Positions 26,350 through 39,638 of a DNA stretch of 64,000 nt are shown in pieces. Under the pieces are notes generated by a model. That model was not told the DNA's origin. It made no database searches and worked only from the letters and a program-made list of their open reading frames with translations. A program made the translations under genes and the position numbers. Source of the stretch: Chiloscyllium plagiosum (lineage: Eukaryota); the NCBI RefSeq assembly GCF_004010195.1, contig NC_057735.1, positions 18,134,056 to 18,198,055 on the forward strand, given 5' to 3'. Position 1 is the first letter of the stretch. Every line of letters starts with the position of its first letter.

Positions 26350-27265
26350 CAAGAGAAACAGAATAAGATTAGGCCATCAAGCCCATACTGCCATTCAAAA
26401 GGATCATGGTGCATCCAATATCTCAATGCCATATTCCTGCTCTCTCTACATCTTTTGTTTCTAAAATATCTATATCTTTCTTAAAAACAGTGACTTTACT
26501 TCCATACCATTTGAGGAAGAAATTTCTCATTGCAGTCCAAAATGCCCTACTGCATATCCTCATAACATGACCTCTTGAGTTGAACACCCTGCTCCCCCCA
26601 CCAGTAAAATCTCTTGACAAAAATGCTACCATTTCAGCATTCAGACTGGTGAAAGCTTGTTCACCAAGTATGTCTTTGATAAAGAGATGGTCAAGTTAGG
26701 ATGGTCACACCAAGGCACTGTAGATCTCCAGTAAGACTTCCTTTCTCCTGTACACAAACCCTCTTAAAATGAAGACTAACATACCATCTGCCTCAGACTT
26801 GATGCACTGAATGCTAGCTTTCAACAACCCAGGTGCCTTGTGCATTAATAGTTCCCAATCTATCAGTTTTAACAATACACTGCCATTCTGTTTTCCTACT
26901 GAAGTGGATAACTTCACATTTATCCACATTATATTGTACCTTCTATGTATTTGCCTATTCACTCAACTTGGTTATTTGCCCTGAAGCCACTTCACTTCCT
27001 CCTTACCACTCCTATCTAGTTTTGTTTAGTCATCAAACTTGGAAATAATACACTTGATTCCTTCATTCCAACTGTTGATATCACACTTGTCACCACATTC
27101 AACTCCAAAAATAGCCCACATATTCCTATTTAGTTTCCTGTTTGTAAACTAATTCTCAATTTATGCAGGGGTGTATCCACTAATTTTACATAATAATCAC
27201 TTACATGGGATTTTATCAAAAGGTTTTTGAAAATATTTATCACATTGGCTCTCCTTCATCGAGTC
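26350..27265 (-). mobile_element. Old, decayed CR1 LINE (continues at ~28480-28670)
   Basis: Remnant GMLVFILRGFVYRRKEVLLEIYSALV and a CR1 tail-like sequence at 26355-26470. Confidence 0.65.
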
Positions 27266-27267
27266 TA

Positions 27268-28470
27268 CTGAAGAAGTAACAAAACGAATTGATGAGGGCA
27301 GAGTGGTAGACGTGATCTCTACGGCCTTCAGTAGAGCGTTCGACAAGGTTCCCCACTGCAGACTGGTTAGCAAGGTTAGATCTCATGAAATACAAGGAGA
27401 ACTAGCCATTTGGATATAGAACTGGCTGAAAGGTAGAAGACAGAGGGTGGAGGGTTGCTTTTCAGACTAGAGGCCTGTCACCAGTAGAGTGCCACAAGGT
27501 TTGGTGCTGGGTCCATGACTTTTCACCATTTATATAAATGATTTGGATGTCAACATAGGAGGTATAGTTACTAAGTTTGCAGATGACACCAAAATTGGAG
27601 GTGTAGTGGAAGCGAAAAAGGTTACCTCAGAGTACAACAGAATCTTGACCAAATGGGCCAATGGGCTGAGGAGTGGCAAATGGAGTTTAATTTAGATAAA
27701 TGTGAGGTGCTGTATTTTGGAAAAGCAAATCTTAGCAGGACTTATACACTTAATGGCAAGGTTCTATGGAGTGTTGCTGAACAAAGATGAGTTCAGGTTC
27801 ATAGCTCCTTGAAAGTAGAGTCGCAGGTAGATAGAATGGTGAAGAAGGCGTTTGGTATGCTTTCCTTTATTGGTCAGAGTATTGCATAGAGGAGTTGGGA
27901 GGTCATGTTGTGCCTGTACAGGACCTTGGTTAGGCCATTGTTGAAATATTGTGTTGAATTTTGGTCTCCTCCTTATTGGAAGGATGTTGTGATACTTGGA
28001 AGGGTTCAGAAAAGATTTACAAGGACGTTGCCAGGGTTGGAGGATTTGAGCTATAGGGAGAGGCTGAATAGACAGGGGCTGTTTTCCCTGGAGCATCGGA
28101 GGCTGAGGGGTCACCTTATAGAGGTTTATAAAGTCATGAGGGGCATGGATAGGATAAATAGACGAGGTCTTTTCCCTGGGATGGGAGACTCCAGAATTAG
28201 AGAGCATAGATTTAGGGTGAGAGGGGAAAGATATAAAAAGAACCTAAGGTGCAACTTTTTCACACAAAGGGTAGTGCATGTTAAGAATGAGCTGCCAGAG
28301 GAAGTGGAGGAGGCTGGTACAATTGCAGCATTTAAAAGACATCTGAATGGGTATATGAATAGGAAGGGTTAAAAGGGAAATGGGTCAAGTACTGGCAAAT
28401 AGGACTTGATTAGGTTAGGATATCTGGCCAGCATAGGAGAGTTGTTTCCTGCTGTACATCTCTATGACTC
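27268..28470 (+). mobile_element. 5'-truncated CR1 LINE (RT plus 3' end)
   Basis: EEVTKRIDEGRVVDV, KFADDTK, LYRTLVRPLLKYCVEFWSP, RRLRGHLIEVYK; tail CTGTACATCTCTATGACTC. Same family as 3985-5395. Confidence 0.95.
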
Positions 28471-28689
28471 GACATACATAGAAAAAATTCCAGAATCTTT
28501 CTAGAACAAAATCTCCCTTTCGTAAATCCATGTTGACTCCGAGTAATTTTTAAGTGTCCTGTTATCACATCCTTCATAACACTAACATTTTCCCTACTGG
28601 TGAGATACTAACTGGTGTGGAACAGTTGGTTTTCTCCCTTCATCCTTTTTTAAAGGGTGGGGTCACATTGAAGATGGAAGAAAATTTTA

Positions 28690-29480
28690 ATTGTGTCTGC
28701 ACTGACTGACTGCCCATTCTATTCTAATCCACTTTCCAGCTCCTGGTCCATAGTCTTGGAGATTAAGGCTGTGCAGGTACAGATCCAGGTTCCTGTGAAA
28801 TAAATTGAATGTTTCTATTTCAAGTACTGAACCAGATAGCGAATTTCAGACATTCACCAAATTTGCGTGAAAATATTTTTCTTCCTAAGATTTCTAATCC
28901 TCCTACCAAACACCTTAAGTCTGTGGCCCCAGGTAACTGATCTTTCCATTTGGGTAAATTGGTTTGCACTGTTCAGTCTTATCCAAAATCCCTCATTATT
29001 TATATATCTCAATTAAATTACTTCTCACAGTTCTAAGGGAAGACAACCCCAGACCATCCTATCTTTCCTCACAGCTGTAGTTTTCAATCCCTGATAACAT
29101 TTTTTCCAAATTTCCCCTGTTTTTTCTCCAGAACAATTATGTCCTTCCCTTAATATTGTGACAAGAAAAGTAAATAAAACTCAATCTATGGCCTAACCAA
29201 CATCTTAGATAGTGCCAGCATTAGATTCTGTTTTTGTATTCAATAACTCACCCAATTAAGGAAGCCATCTCATATGCCTTCTTTACTATCTTAATCGACC
29301 TGTTCAGTCACCTTCAGGGACCTATGGACATAAACACTATGAACAAGGTCTCTTCATATCCTCTGACTTAATGTGTATTCTCTTCTTTGTTTTCCCTTCC
29401 CAAACAAACACAGTCTCACAATTTTTCATAATGAATTCCATTTGCCAATTTTTGCCAACTCAAATGAACCATCAATGGGG
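28690..29480 (-). mobile_element. Decayed CR1-type LINE 3' fragment
   Basis: Diverged matches to CR1 3' motifs (cccctcattattt.tata..tc, ggaagacaacccc, tggcctaaccaa). Confidence 0.5.
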
Positions 29481-30259
29481 TAACACTCTAGAAATCAAAC
29501 TGATATTCTCAGGTTTGTCATAACTATTGAAGATACTTAAAATTATGCAATGTACCGATCTTTCTGGCCCAGGGTGACAGATAGCACGTATCAAATTTCA
29601 GTACTTAACAAGAGTTACTATTCATTACACATAAATGCATTCTCGCTAAAGAAAAACAATAATGAACCATTGGTTTAAAACTCTACTAGTTATAACTCTG
29701 ATCTTGTCACAAATGGCCCCTTACAATACACAGACAAAAAAAAAGACATGGGCATATGGTGAAATTGGGAAAGCAGTTCAGATGGTCCTTGTGCTGATCA
29801 GAACGCTGTTATTTCGTCTTCCTTTTCTGGATACTTCCATGGTTTCCATGAGACATAGGGTGACTGGTTCACACTTAGAAAAAGGTCTGACTTTTTAAAT
29901 TAAAAAGTCACAGCATACACCAACTGAAGGAAATATAAACAATTTTTTTTCCAGGCTTGAAGTGGGTTTTACCACAGAGAACAAACAGCGAGATCTCCTA
30001 ATTAGTCAAAGTCTGTTGCCTTCAAACTATCCTGTTCATAACTCCAAGCTGTTCAGATATCCGAGAACCAATCACATTGATGCTGACAGGCAAAAAGCCT
30101 TTCCCATCAATAACCAGTCAATCGCCAACAGATCAATCAGCTACTTGTTACCAGCTGAATCTCAACTTCCCCTTGTCTGCAACTCATCAGTAAACCACGC
30201 TTCAACAACTGCTTGAGACTGTGTTAATGGCATTTATGAATGTCAGGTTACTAGTGTGA

Positions 30260-30880
30260 AAATGTGGTCATTTTAAAAAGGTTATTTTATTCTGGGTTTT
30301 CTTTGAAGGGAGGTGCCAAAGTGGCTACAGAAATAGCCTAAATCCAAAATCTGAGGCCACCTTAAAACAATTGTAACAATGGAAGGGAAGTGGCCAGTTT
30401 TCCTCAGATCGGGTTTTCTCGTTTTTTTTTAGCTGTAGCAGTCAGAAGCTGTTTGGGTCCCAGAAGAATTGGAGCTTCAGTAAAATGATTCCTCGCTGCT
30501 ACATTCTTTGAAATCTCTTGATGCTGTTCCCTCCTGGATTGGAAAACTGAAAGAAAGAACTTTTGTCTCAATTTACCTTTTTGCCAAGGGTATCTTTATG
30601 GGATGTTATGATATTGGAACAATGGGTTCTGTAATAGGTACTGTACCTATTATACAGTTAGGTTTTCCAATAATTAAGTTACTTGAAATAGGTCCTCCTT
30701 TTGTTTGTATTTTAAATGTTAGTGTTCAAATACATTGTGTTTTGCTTAATGTTGAGTGGTTTGACCAGTTGCATTACATCTGCAGCATGCACTTCACATC
30801 TACTATTAAAATAAGAAAAAAAGTTATGGTACAGGCTACCTTTCTAAATTTTGTTCGGGGGTCTGCTCTGGCCCATTATA
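30260..30880 (+). mobile_element. Probable solo LTR
   Basis: Non-coding ~620 bp segment with LTR-like character and a U5-like end (..GGGGGTCTGCTCTGGCCCATTATA). No internal domains; boundaries approximate. Confidence 0.35.
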
Positions 30881-30899
30881 CCATCATTCAAAGCTGTGG

Positions 30900-31680
30900 T
30901 AATAAGACCACAAGACATAGGAGCACAAGTTAAGCCATTCGGCCCATTGAATCTGCTCCACCATTTAATCCTGGCTGATGGGTTTTTCAACCACATTTTT
31001 CCGCTTTGACCCCGTAACCTTTGATCCCTTTTGGCATCCAAGATCTTGTCTACCTTTGTTTTAAGTATACTCAATGACCTGGCCTCCACAGACTTCAGTG
31101 GCAATGATTTCCACAGATTCACCATTCTCTGGCTAAAGACATCACTCCTGATCTGTTCTAAAAAGGTCTTCCCTTTTCTCTAAGGCTGTGCCCTCGGGTC
31201 CTCGTCTCTCCCGCCAATGGAAACATCTTCCCAACGTCCACTCTGTCCAGGTCATTCAGTATTCTGAAAGTTTCATATATAGATACGCCTTCATCCTTCT
31301 AAATTTCATCGAATATAGTCCCAGTGTCAAACGTTCGTCTTCTGTAAGCCTTTCACTGCTGGGATCATTCTCATGAACCTCCTCTGGATGTGCTCAAGGG
31401 CCAATACATCCTTCCTGAGGTATGTGGCCCAAATTGCTCACAATACTCTCAATGTGGTCTGACCAGAACCTTATAAAGCCTTAGAAGTATATCCCTGCTT
31501 TTATATTCTAGCCCTCTCAAGATGAATGACAGCACTGTATTTGCCTTTCGAACTACCGACTCAACCTGCAACTTTACCTTAAGAGAAACCTGGACGAGGA
31601 TTCCAGAAAATAGTCCATGCCTCTATTCTTTCTACCAAAGTACATGACCTCACACTTTCCCATGCAGTAATCTTTCAGCA
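30900..31680 (-). mobile_element. CR1 LINE 3' fragment (second CR1 family)
   Basis: VNLWKSLPLKSVEARSLSILKTKVDKIL and tail GGGCCGAATGGCTTAACTTGTGCTCCTATGTCTTGTGGTCTT on the minus strand. Confidence 0.85.
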
Positions 31681-31837
31681 ATGTTTCTTTATTTAAGAAA
31701 CAATTTTCCATTTCAGACCACAATTAAAAATACAGAAAAATAAATTTTAAAATTGTCTTTATACCATTGATGATATTCTGCGGTTGACAGCCATCCTCTT
31801 CACTATCAACTATATGGCCACTTTGTGTTTTCTGAAA

Positions 31838-32370
31838 ATTCTGGTCTCCTTCCTAGAAGAAAGATGTTGTGAAACTTGAAAGGGTTCAGAAAACATTTAC
31901 AAATATGTTGCCAGGGTTCAAGGATTTGAGCTATGGGGAAAGGTTGAACAGGCGAGGGCTGTTTTACCTGGAGTGTTGGAGGCTGAGGGGTGACCTTATA
32001 AAAGTTTATAAAATCATGAAGAGCATGGATAGAACAAATAGACAACGTCTTTTCCCTGGGGTGGGGGAGTCCAGAACTAGAGGGCATAGGTTTAGGGTGA
32101 GAGAGGAAAGATATAAAAGAGATAAAAGGGGCAACCTTTTTCACGCAGAGGGTGGTACGTGTATGGAGTGGGCTGCTAGAGGAAGTGGTGGAGGCTAGTA
32201 CAATTGCAACATTTAAAAGGCATCTGGATGGGTAAATGAATAGGAATGGTTTGGAGGGATATGGGCCAGATGCTGGCAAGTGGGACTAGATTGGGTTGGG
32301 ATATGTGGTTGGCATGGACAGGTTGGACTGAAGTGCCTGTTTCCGTGCTATACATCTCTATGACTCTATA
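31838..32370 (+). mobile_element. CR1 LINE 3' fragment
   Basis: KLERVQKTFTNMLPG..LSYGERL..RLRGDLIKVYK..ESRTRGH; tail CATCTCTATGACTCTATA. Confidence 0.92.
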
Positions 32371-32704
32371 ATTCTAGAATAATCATAAGATTGTGCAAGT
32401 CCCTCACCTACTTATTTCATTATTTTTCTAACTATCCTCATTTCAACCAGGTTATCCTCATCCTGTAAAGACGGATAAAAATACAAATAATAATCAGCAC
32501 CATTCTTTAAGGGATCAGCATTAAACTCATCCACCCTTTCTCTTTACAGTTCTTTTTAATTAACACATCTGGATAAGTGGGACTTGAACCCAGACCTTCT
32601 GAACCAGGCAGAAGGACACAACCATTTCACCACACCTCTAGATATTTTTAAAATCAACATGTTCAGACATATTATGACATCCCTCTGCACAAGGTGGGAC
32701 TTAA

Positions 32705-34500
32705 GAGTCATGGAGCTGTACAGCACAGACACAGATCCTACGGTCCAACTTGTCCAAGCTGACTACACATTCTAAATTAATCTTGTCCTATTTGCCAGCA
32801 TTTGGCGCATATCCCTCTAAACCTTTCTATTCCTATACCCATACAGATGCCTTTTAAATGCTGCAATTGTACCAGCCTCCTCCATATCCTCTGACATCTC
32901 ATTCCATAATGCACCACTCTCTCCATGAAGTTGCCCCTTAAATCTTTCCCCTCTTATCTAAACCTATGCCATCTAGTTTTGGAGTCCCTTACCCAAGGAA
33001 AAGATCTTGGCTGTTCATTCTGTCCATACCCCTCATGATTTTATAAGCTTCCACAAGGTCACCCCTTAGTCATCAACGCTTCAAGGAAAATAACGCCAGC
33101 CTATTCAGCCTCTACCAATAACTCAACCCCTCCAACCCTAGCAACATCCATGCAAATCTTCTCTGAACCTTTCAAGTTTCATAACATCGTTCCTACAGCA
33201 GGGAGTCCAGAACTTAATGCAGTATTCCAAAAGGTGCCCTTACTAATGCCCTGTACAGCTGCAATACATGATCTCTCAACTCCTATACTCAATGCACTGA
33301 CCAATAAAAGGACCTGTCACAGTGCTGGTGACAGGCCTCCAGTCTTACAAGCAACCTGCCGCAACCACACTCAGTCTCCTACCTTGGACCCAGTTCTGTA
33401 TCCAAATGGCTAGTTCTCTTCACATTCCATGTGATTTAACCTTGCTAACCAGTCTACCATGAGGAACCTTGTCGAACGCTTTACTGAAGTCCATACAGAT
33501 CTTGTCCCACCACTCTTCCCTCAACCCTCTTTGTTACTTCTTCAAAAAACTCAATCAAGTTAGTGAGACATGATTTCCAATGCACAAAGCCAAGTTGACT
33601 ATTCCTAATCAGGCCTTGCTTTTCCAAATACATATAAATCCTGTCCCTCAAGGTCCCCTCCAACAGTTTACCCATCACTGATGTCAGGCTCCCCAATCTA
33701 CAGTTTTCTGGCTTTTCCTTACCCCCTTTCTTAAACAATGACACTATGTTAGCCAACATTCAGTCTTCCTGCACCTCACCTGCAGCTGTCAATGATACAA
33801 ATCTCTCAGTAAGGAGCCCTGCAATCACTTCCCCAGCTTGCCACAGAGTTCTAGGGTACACTTGATCAGGTCCTGGGGACTGATCCACTTTTATATGTTT
33901 CAAGACATCCAGCAGTTCCTTCTCTGTAATATGGAAATTTTTGAAGATGCTGCTATTTATTTTCTGAAGTTCTCTCGTTTCCATATCCTTCTCCACAGCA
34001 AACACTGATGCAAAATACTCATTTAGTATCTCCCACATCTCCTGTGGTTCCACACAGGCAGCGTTGCTGATTTTTAAGGGGCCCTATTCTCTTCCTAATT
34101 ACTATTCTGTTGTTAATGTATTTTTAGAATCTCTTTGGATTCTCCTTAACTCTATTTGCCCTCCTGATTTACCTCAAGTATATTCCTACTGACTTTATAC
34201 ATTTCTCAGGATTCACTCGATCCCTGCTGTCTATACATAAGCTTATTTCTTAATCTTGACCAAAACGTCAACTTCTCTGGTCATCCAACATTCTCTACAG
34301 CTCCAGCTTTGCCCTTCACCCTAACAGGAACCTACTATCGCTAGACTCTAGTGATTGCATTTTCAGCTGTCATTTCACCTGCGCAAAGCTGCCCCTTATT
34401 ATCTTTTGAAAATTGTTGCCTCATACTGTCAAAATTGGCCTTTCTCCAATTTAGAACTTGAATTTTTAGATCTGGTCTATCCTTTCCTATTGCTATTTTA
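32705..34500 (-). mobile_element. CR1 LINE with internal deletion (pre-RT, RT N-terminus, 3' end)
   Basis: EILNEYFASVF, SPGPDQVYPRTL, ANIVSLFKKG...SCLTNLIEFFEEVTK; 3' tail at 32705-32760. Confidence 0.92.
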
Positions 34501-34797
34501 ATACAATTATGATAATCAACTACAAAAATTAAATACCTGAACTATCAAGCAAAGTTTTATTGTGTACAGGATCACATTGTGACTAATACTATCCAGTATT
34601 ATCAGCTGGGATCATAACAGTGTGGTACAGAAAATGCAATCTGGTAGAATTTCCTATTGTACCAACAGAAGGTGTAATAGCAATCTCCACAATTTCCTGG
34701 CATGTGACCCAAGAAATTAGTATAGGGTGGAAGGAAGGAAAGATGCACATAACAAAAATTAAGAGAATTCTATCCTGCAGGAAAGATGCATAGTTTT

Positions 34798-36071
34798 AGG
34801 GTGTAGGTTTGCTCGCTGAGCTGTAGGTTTGATATCCAGATGTTTCATTACCTGGCTAGGTAACATCATCAGTGGCAACCTCTAAGTGAGCCGAAGCTGT
34901 TGTCTCCTGTTTTCTATTTATATCTTTCTCCTGGATGGGGTTCGTGATGATGTCAATTCCTGTTCGTTTTCTGAGGGGTTGATAGATGGCACCTAGATCT
35001 ACGTGTTTGTTTATGGCATTGTGGTTGGAGTGCCAGGCCTCTAGGAATTCTCTGGCATGCCTTTGCTTAGCCTGTCCCAAGATAGATGTGTTGTCCCAAT
35101 CGAAATGATGGCTTTTTTCATCCATGTGTAGGGCTACAAGGGAGAGAGGGTCGTGTCTTTTTGTGGCTAGCTGTTGTTCGTGTATCCTGGTGGCTAACTT
35201 TCTTCCTGTTTGTCCTATGTAACACACACAAACAAAGCTGTATCAGAACACTATTCCAACGAGCCACCACACTGCAGCACAGACGAACTACGCAAAACAG
35301 AGGAGAACCACCTATACAACGTATTCAAGAAGAACGGATACTCAAAAAACACAGTGCGCCGATTCCTCAAGATCAAACCACGACAAGCAGACCAAACAGC
35401 CAGAAACCCTAACCACCTTACCATACATCAAAGAAGTTTCAGAAATGACAGCCAAACTACTAAGACCCCTCGGAATTCTAGTAGCACACAAACCCACCAA
35501 CACACTCAAACAAAAACTAACAAACTTAAAAGACCCAGTACAACCCATGGACAAAAACCAACGTCATCTACAAAATTCCATGCAAGGGCTGCCACAAACA
35601 CTACGTAGGACAAACAGAAAGAAAGTTAGCCACCAGGATACATGAACACCAGCTAGCCACAAAAAGACACAACCCTCTCTCCCTCGTAGCCCTACACACG
35701 GATGAATAAAAGCCACCATTTCGACTGGGAAAACACATCTATCCTGGGACAGGCTAAGCAAAGGCATGCCAGAGAATTCCTAGAGGCCTGACAGTCCAAC
35801 CACAACACCATAAACAAACACAGAGCTCGATGCCATCTATCAACACCTCAGAAAATGAACAGGAAATGACATCACCACAAACCTCAGGAACCCCATCCAG
35901 GAGAAAGATATAAATAGAAAGCAGGAGAAAACAGCTTCGCTTCACTTGGAAGTCGCCACTGATGATGTTACCTAGCCAGGTAATGAAACGTCTGGATATC
36001 AAGCCTACAGCTCAGCGAGCAAACCTACATCCTAAATCTCAACCGGAGCTACAAACCTTCACAAACATTGC
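34798..36071 (+). mobile_element. Penelope-like element with inverted 5' copy of its 3' end and a 12-bp TSD
   Basis: 34798-35220 is a minus-strand copy (YIGQTGRKLATRIHE...AREFLEAWHS) of 35600-36035. Flanked by ATGCATAGTTTT at 34786-34797 and 36072-36083. Confidence 0.95.
35956..35995 (+). ncRNA. Minimal type I hammerhead ribozyme motif in a PLE pLTR
   Basis: CCA-CTGATGA-T-GTTACCT-AGCC-AGGTAAT-GAAAC-GTC-TGG: stem I CCA/TGG, intact core, 7-bp stem II, palindromic ACGT stem III and a GUC cleavage triplet. Confidence 0.75.
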
Positions 36072-37004
36072 ATGCATAGTTTTCTTAACATTATTGTTGC
36101 AACCTTATAGGTTTCAGTTACCATTCTTAAGGATGCAAGGCATGCTCAATTAATTAGGGTTAATCAATTTTCACATATTTCATAATACAAGAATAAGCAA
36201 TGTTGCAATAGCAAAAATGCAACCAATCCAGAAGAAATTCTCCCACGTCAACTATCACGAATAGTAAGTTCCGTGCCAAATCCAATCAACCTGTGTAGTA
36301 AATCAAAAACTCCATGCAGGCCTGGGTTTGAATTGTCTAAATGGAAGACTAAGTACCCTGTGGAATCTAACTTGAAAAAAAAACTGAATAATCTCACCTT
36401 CAAACTAGAAAACGTGAACAATAGTAACAGTTTTCCAAGTGAGATGGTTGGACGTTTAAGATTTATTAGACCAGAACAACATCTAGCTTGCACGCATTTT
36501 ATGGAGAGATGCATGGAAGGATTGATTTTCTGTTGTAGGTGTGACCTTCAGGTTCAAACATTAACCTGTGGCCCTGTTACCCTCTCAGGAGGACGCACCA
36601 AGAATTTGCAGGAGATGCAGGGAAGTTATCTCCAGTGTCATTTAATCCGCAACATCACAAACAAATATTCTGATCATACTGCCGCTGGTGGGACTGTGCT
36701 GTGCACAAATTGATTGCCACATTTCCTACTTTACAACAGGAATACACTATAAAATACTTTATGACATCCCAAGGTAGCAAAAGGCACAATATGAATATTT
36801 ATTTATTTCACTTCTGAAATAATTCAAATATTACAGTGCTGTTACATCATTTGGCTGCCTTACACAACAAAGATGCTTAGGTAACCGCGAAACAAGCACT
36901 CATCATAGGTGACTCCATTCATGAACATACCAGAGTTCTGAGCAAAAAAAAACGTATTTTCAAAAATTAAATAACATACAATCAAGCACAAATTTCAGAA
37001 AATT

Positions 37005-38058
37005 GATCCCACAGACTTATATGTATGTGCATGTGCATGAGGGAGAGATTGAGACGATATGTGTGCATGTGAGAGGGAGAGAGGGAGTGTGTGCATGTAC
37101 ATGCGTGCTTGATAGAGTGTGTGCACAAGTGTGACAGAGCATATACCTATGAGAGGGTGTGCACAGAGTGCAGGTGTGTGCATCTCGTGAGTGTAATCAT
37201 GTGCCAGTGTGCATGTGTATGTGTGTGTGTGTGTGTGTGAGTGTGCAAGAGAGTGGAGAGGGTAGTGAGGGTCATCTGTAGTGTGATACGAACCCAAGGT
37301 CCCAGTACCGAACTTGGCTATCAACCTCTGCTCAGTGACTCTGTTGTTGCATATCCCGCAGTCCTCCTTGGAGGACGGTCACTCTAAGATCTTAAGCCGA
37401 AGTCCCTTGACTGCTGAAGTGTTCAGCAGCCCTGGGAGGGGACAGCCCTGTTTGGTGATTGTTGCAGTGTCTATTCAACCATTATTGTCGACACACACTC
37501 TCTTACTCCCCCTCTCATTCACATGCACATGCATGCGCATACACACAAGTCTATGGGGTAAATTTGCATTTGCAGATACATTCTATTTTATTCAAAAAGC
37601 AAACAATCTGCAGGCAGTCAGTCCATGTGACTTTTATAAATTCCTACTTTTGAAATAGAATCAGTCTGACTCAAGGTTGGAATACAGACAGATGCTCGCC
37701 TCACACCGTTAATGCATTGTCTGAGCTGAGATGTCACTTTTTTAAAAAAATAAAACCTTAAATTATCTCAGGACTGTGACTTGAAAGTAGTTCTGAGATT
37801 TACGTATTAACGAATCGAAACCTGCAACCATTTTAAGTGATTAAGACTTAACAGCAATCTAGTCTTGCTCAATACATTGCATCAGTTGATCTTTTACTAT
37901 AAATTCTGTATCCCCTGATCCTGCCTCACTACCTACCTGTCGAAGGAACAGTGCTCCGAAAGCTTGTTCTTCCAAATAAACCTGTTGGATTATAACCTGG
38001 TGTTGTGTGATTTTTGACTTTGCCCACCCCAATCCAACTCCAGCACCTCCACATCACA
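37005..38058. mobile_element. Third Penelope-like family: inverted 3' fragments with CA/TG-rich tract and pLTR
   Basis: 37005-37060 is the reverse complement of 37510-37565. The minus arm encodes a GIY-YIG C-terminus (VTEQRLIAKFGT). Degenerate hammerhead CTGTCGA-A-GGAAC-AGT-GCTCC-GAAAGCTT at ~37937-37965. Confidence 0.75.
37205..37245. repeat. (TG)n microsatellite within a TG-rich tract
   Basis: gtgtgcatgtgtatgtgtgtgtgtgtgtgtgtgagtgtg. Confidence 0.9.
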
Positions 38059-38254
38059 GTATATTCAAGGCCGAGATTAATAGCGTTTTTTAAAAAAAAT
38101 CAGTGAGGGAATCAAGTTATAAAGAAAAGGCAGGAACGCAGAGTTGAGGATTATGAGATCAGTCATAATCTCACTGAACAGCACAGCAGACCTGATGGAT
38201 TGAATGTTCTACTTTTGCTCCTGTGTAGTTTGGTCTACTTTCCAAACCTGAGGC

Positions 38255-39600
38255 CCTTATAATTTGTATGCCTCAATTGCATTCCCTCTCAGCCTTCTCT
38301 GCTCTAAGGAAAACAACCTCAACATATCTTGTCTTTCTTCATAGCTGAAATGCTCCAGCCAGGAACATATTCATGAATGCCCTCTGCAATCACATCTTTT
38401 CGATATTGCATCAACCAGAAGTGTACACAGTATTCCAGCTATGGCTTAACTTACATTTTATACTGTTCCATCATAACCTAGTGTTGACAAAAATGGCAAG
38501 TATCCTATTAGCATTCGTGACAATCTTATTTCCCATCCTGTTGTCTTCCAGGACCAATGGACTTGAACACCATGGTCCGTCTGATCGCCTGTACTTCCAA
38601 GAGCTCTACTATTCATCATGCACTCCTTTGCCTTGTTAATCCTCCCGAAGTGCATCACCTCATTTCTCAGTATTAAATTTTAATTGCCATTGGATTGCCT
38701 ATCTGACCAGCGTGCAGAGATCATCCTGTACTCTAACGGGCTCTTCTTTGCTAGGGACCCCACCTCTAATTTTCATGTCATATGCAAGTTTACTGATCAA
38801 ATCTTCTGCATTTATGTATTGATCCTTGAAGCATATCACAAGCAGCAAGGGAACTAGCACCAAATCTTATGGTTTCCCATTGGACTCTGGTTTCCAGTCA
38901 CAAAAACAAACTTTCACTAATGTTTGCTTGCTTCCGACTAAGCCAATTGTTTTAGTTTAGATTAGATTAGATTACTTACAGTGTGGAAACAGGCCCTTCG
39001 GCCCAACAATTACACACCGCCCTGCCGAAGCGCAACCCACCCATACCCCTACATTTACCCCTTACCTAACACTATGGGCAATTTAGCATGGCCAATTCAC
39101 CTGACCTGCACATCTTTGGACTGTGGGAGGAAACCGGAGCACCCGGAGGAAACCCACGCAGACACGGGGAGAACGTGCAAACTCCACACAGTCAGTCGCC
39201 TGAGGTGGGGATTGAACCCGGGTCTCTAGCGCTGTGAGGCAGCAGTGCTAACCACTGTGCCACCGTGCCTCCCACGAGGCAAATTGTGAACTTAATTTGC
39301 TAAATTGCCTGGATCTCATACACTCTTACCTTCTTGACCAGTCTGTGACAAAACATTTTGACAAAAGACTTAGGAAGTAAGTAAAATGAAGTACTGAAGT
39401 AAACTTCATTAACGACAGTACCCTCATCTTATGTACCTAGTCAACTTCTTGACAAATTCAATAAAAATTTGTAAGAAATGATCTTCCCTTCATAAAGCCA
39501 TCTTGACTTTCCTCAGTTATTCTTTGTCTCACCAAAGGAGATTAGTTGTTCCTCAGAATTTTTCCAATAGCTTTCCTCAACTACAGAAAGATTGTGTGCA
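38255..39600 (-). mobile_element. Decayed CR1 LINE interrupted by a SINE
   Basis: MHFGRINKAKEC...LGS...HGVQVH remnant; CR1-like RT sequence continues after the SINE at 39290-39600. Confidence 0.65.
38951..39273 (-). mobile_element. Young HE1/V-SINE-type SINE
   Basis: Full tRNA head, V-domain-like core (GGGTTTCCTCCGGGTGCTCCGGTTTCCTCCCACAGTCCAAAGATGTGC) and (TAATC)n tail. Probable TSD GCCAATTGT/GCAAATTGT; near-identical to 48142-48449. Confidence 0.93.
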
Positions 39601-39638
39601 TAATCCAGAACATTACAGAAGTCAACCCCCCATCTACA

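Noticed and set aside
29551-30220. Possible minus-strand solo LTR (similar character at 58490-58700)
   Set aside because: Only a TGT start and a general impression; no second terminus or TSD could be established.
36273-36713. 146-aa ORF (and the 141-aa ORF at 30508-30933)
   Set aside because: No recognisable domain, non-ATG starts, and located in diverged repeat or LTR-like DNA.
38981-39229. Similar ORFs MWKQALRPN... at 38981 and 48165 suggesting a duplicated gene
   Set aside because: They are antisense readings of two SINE copies.
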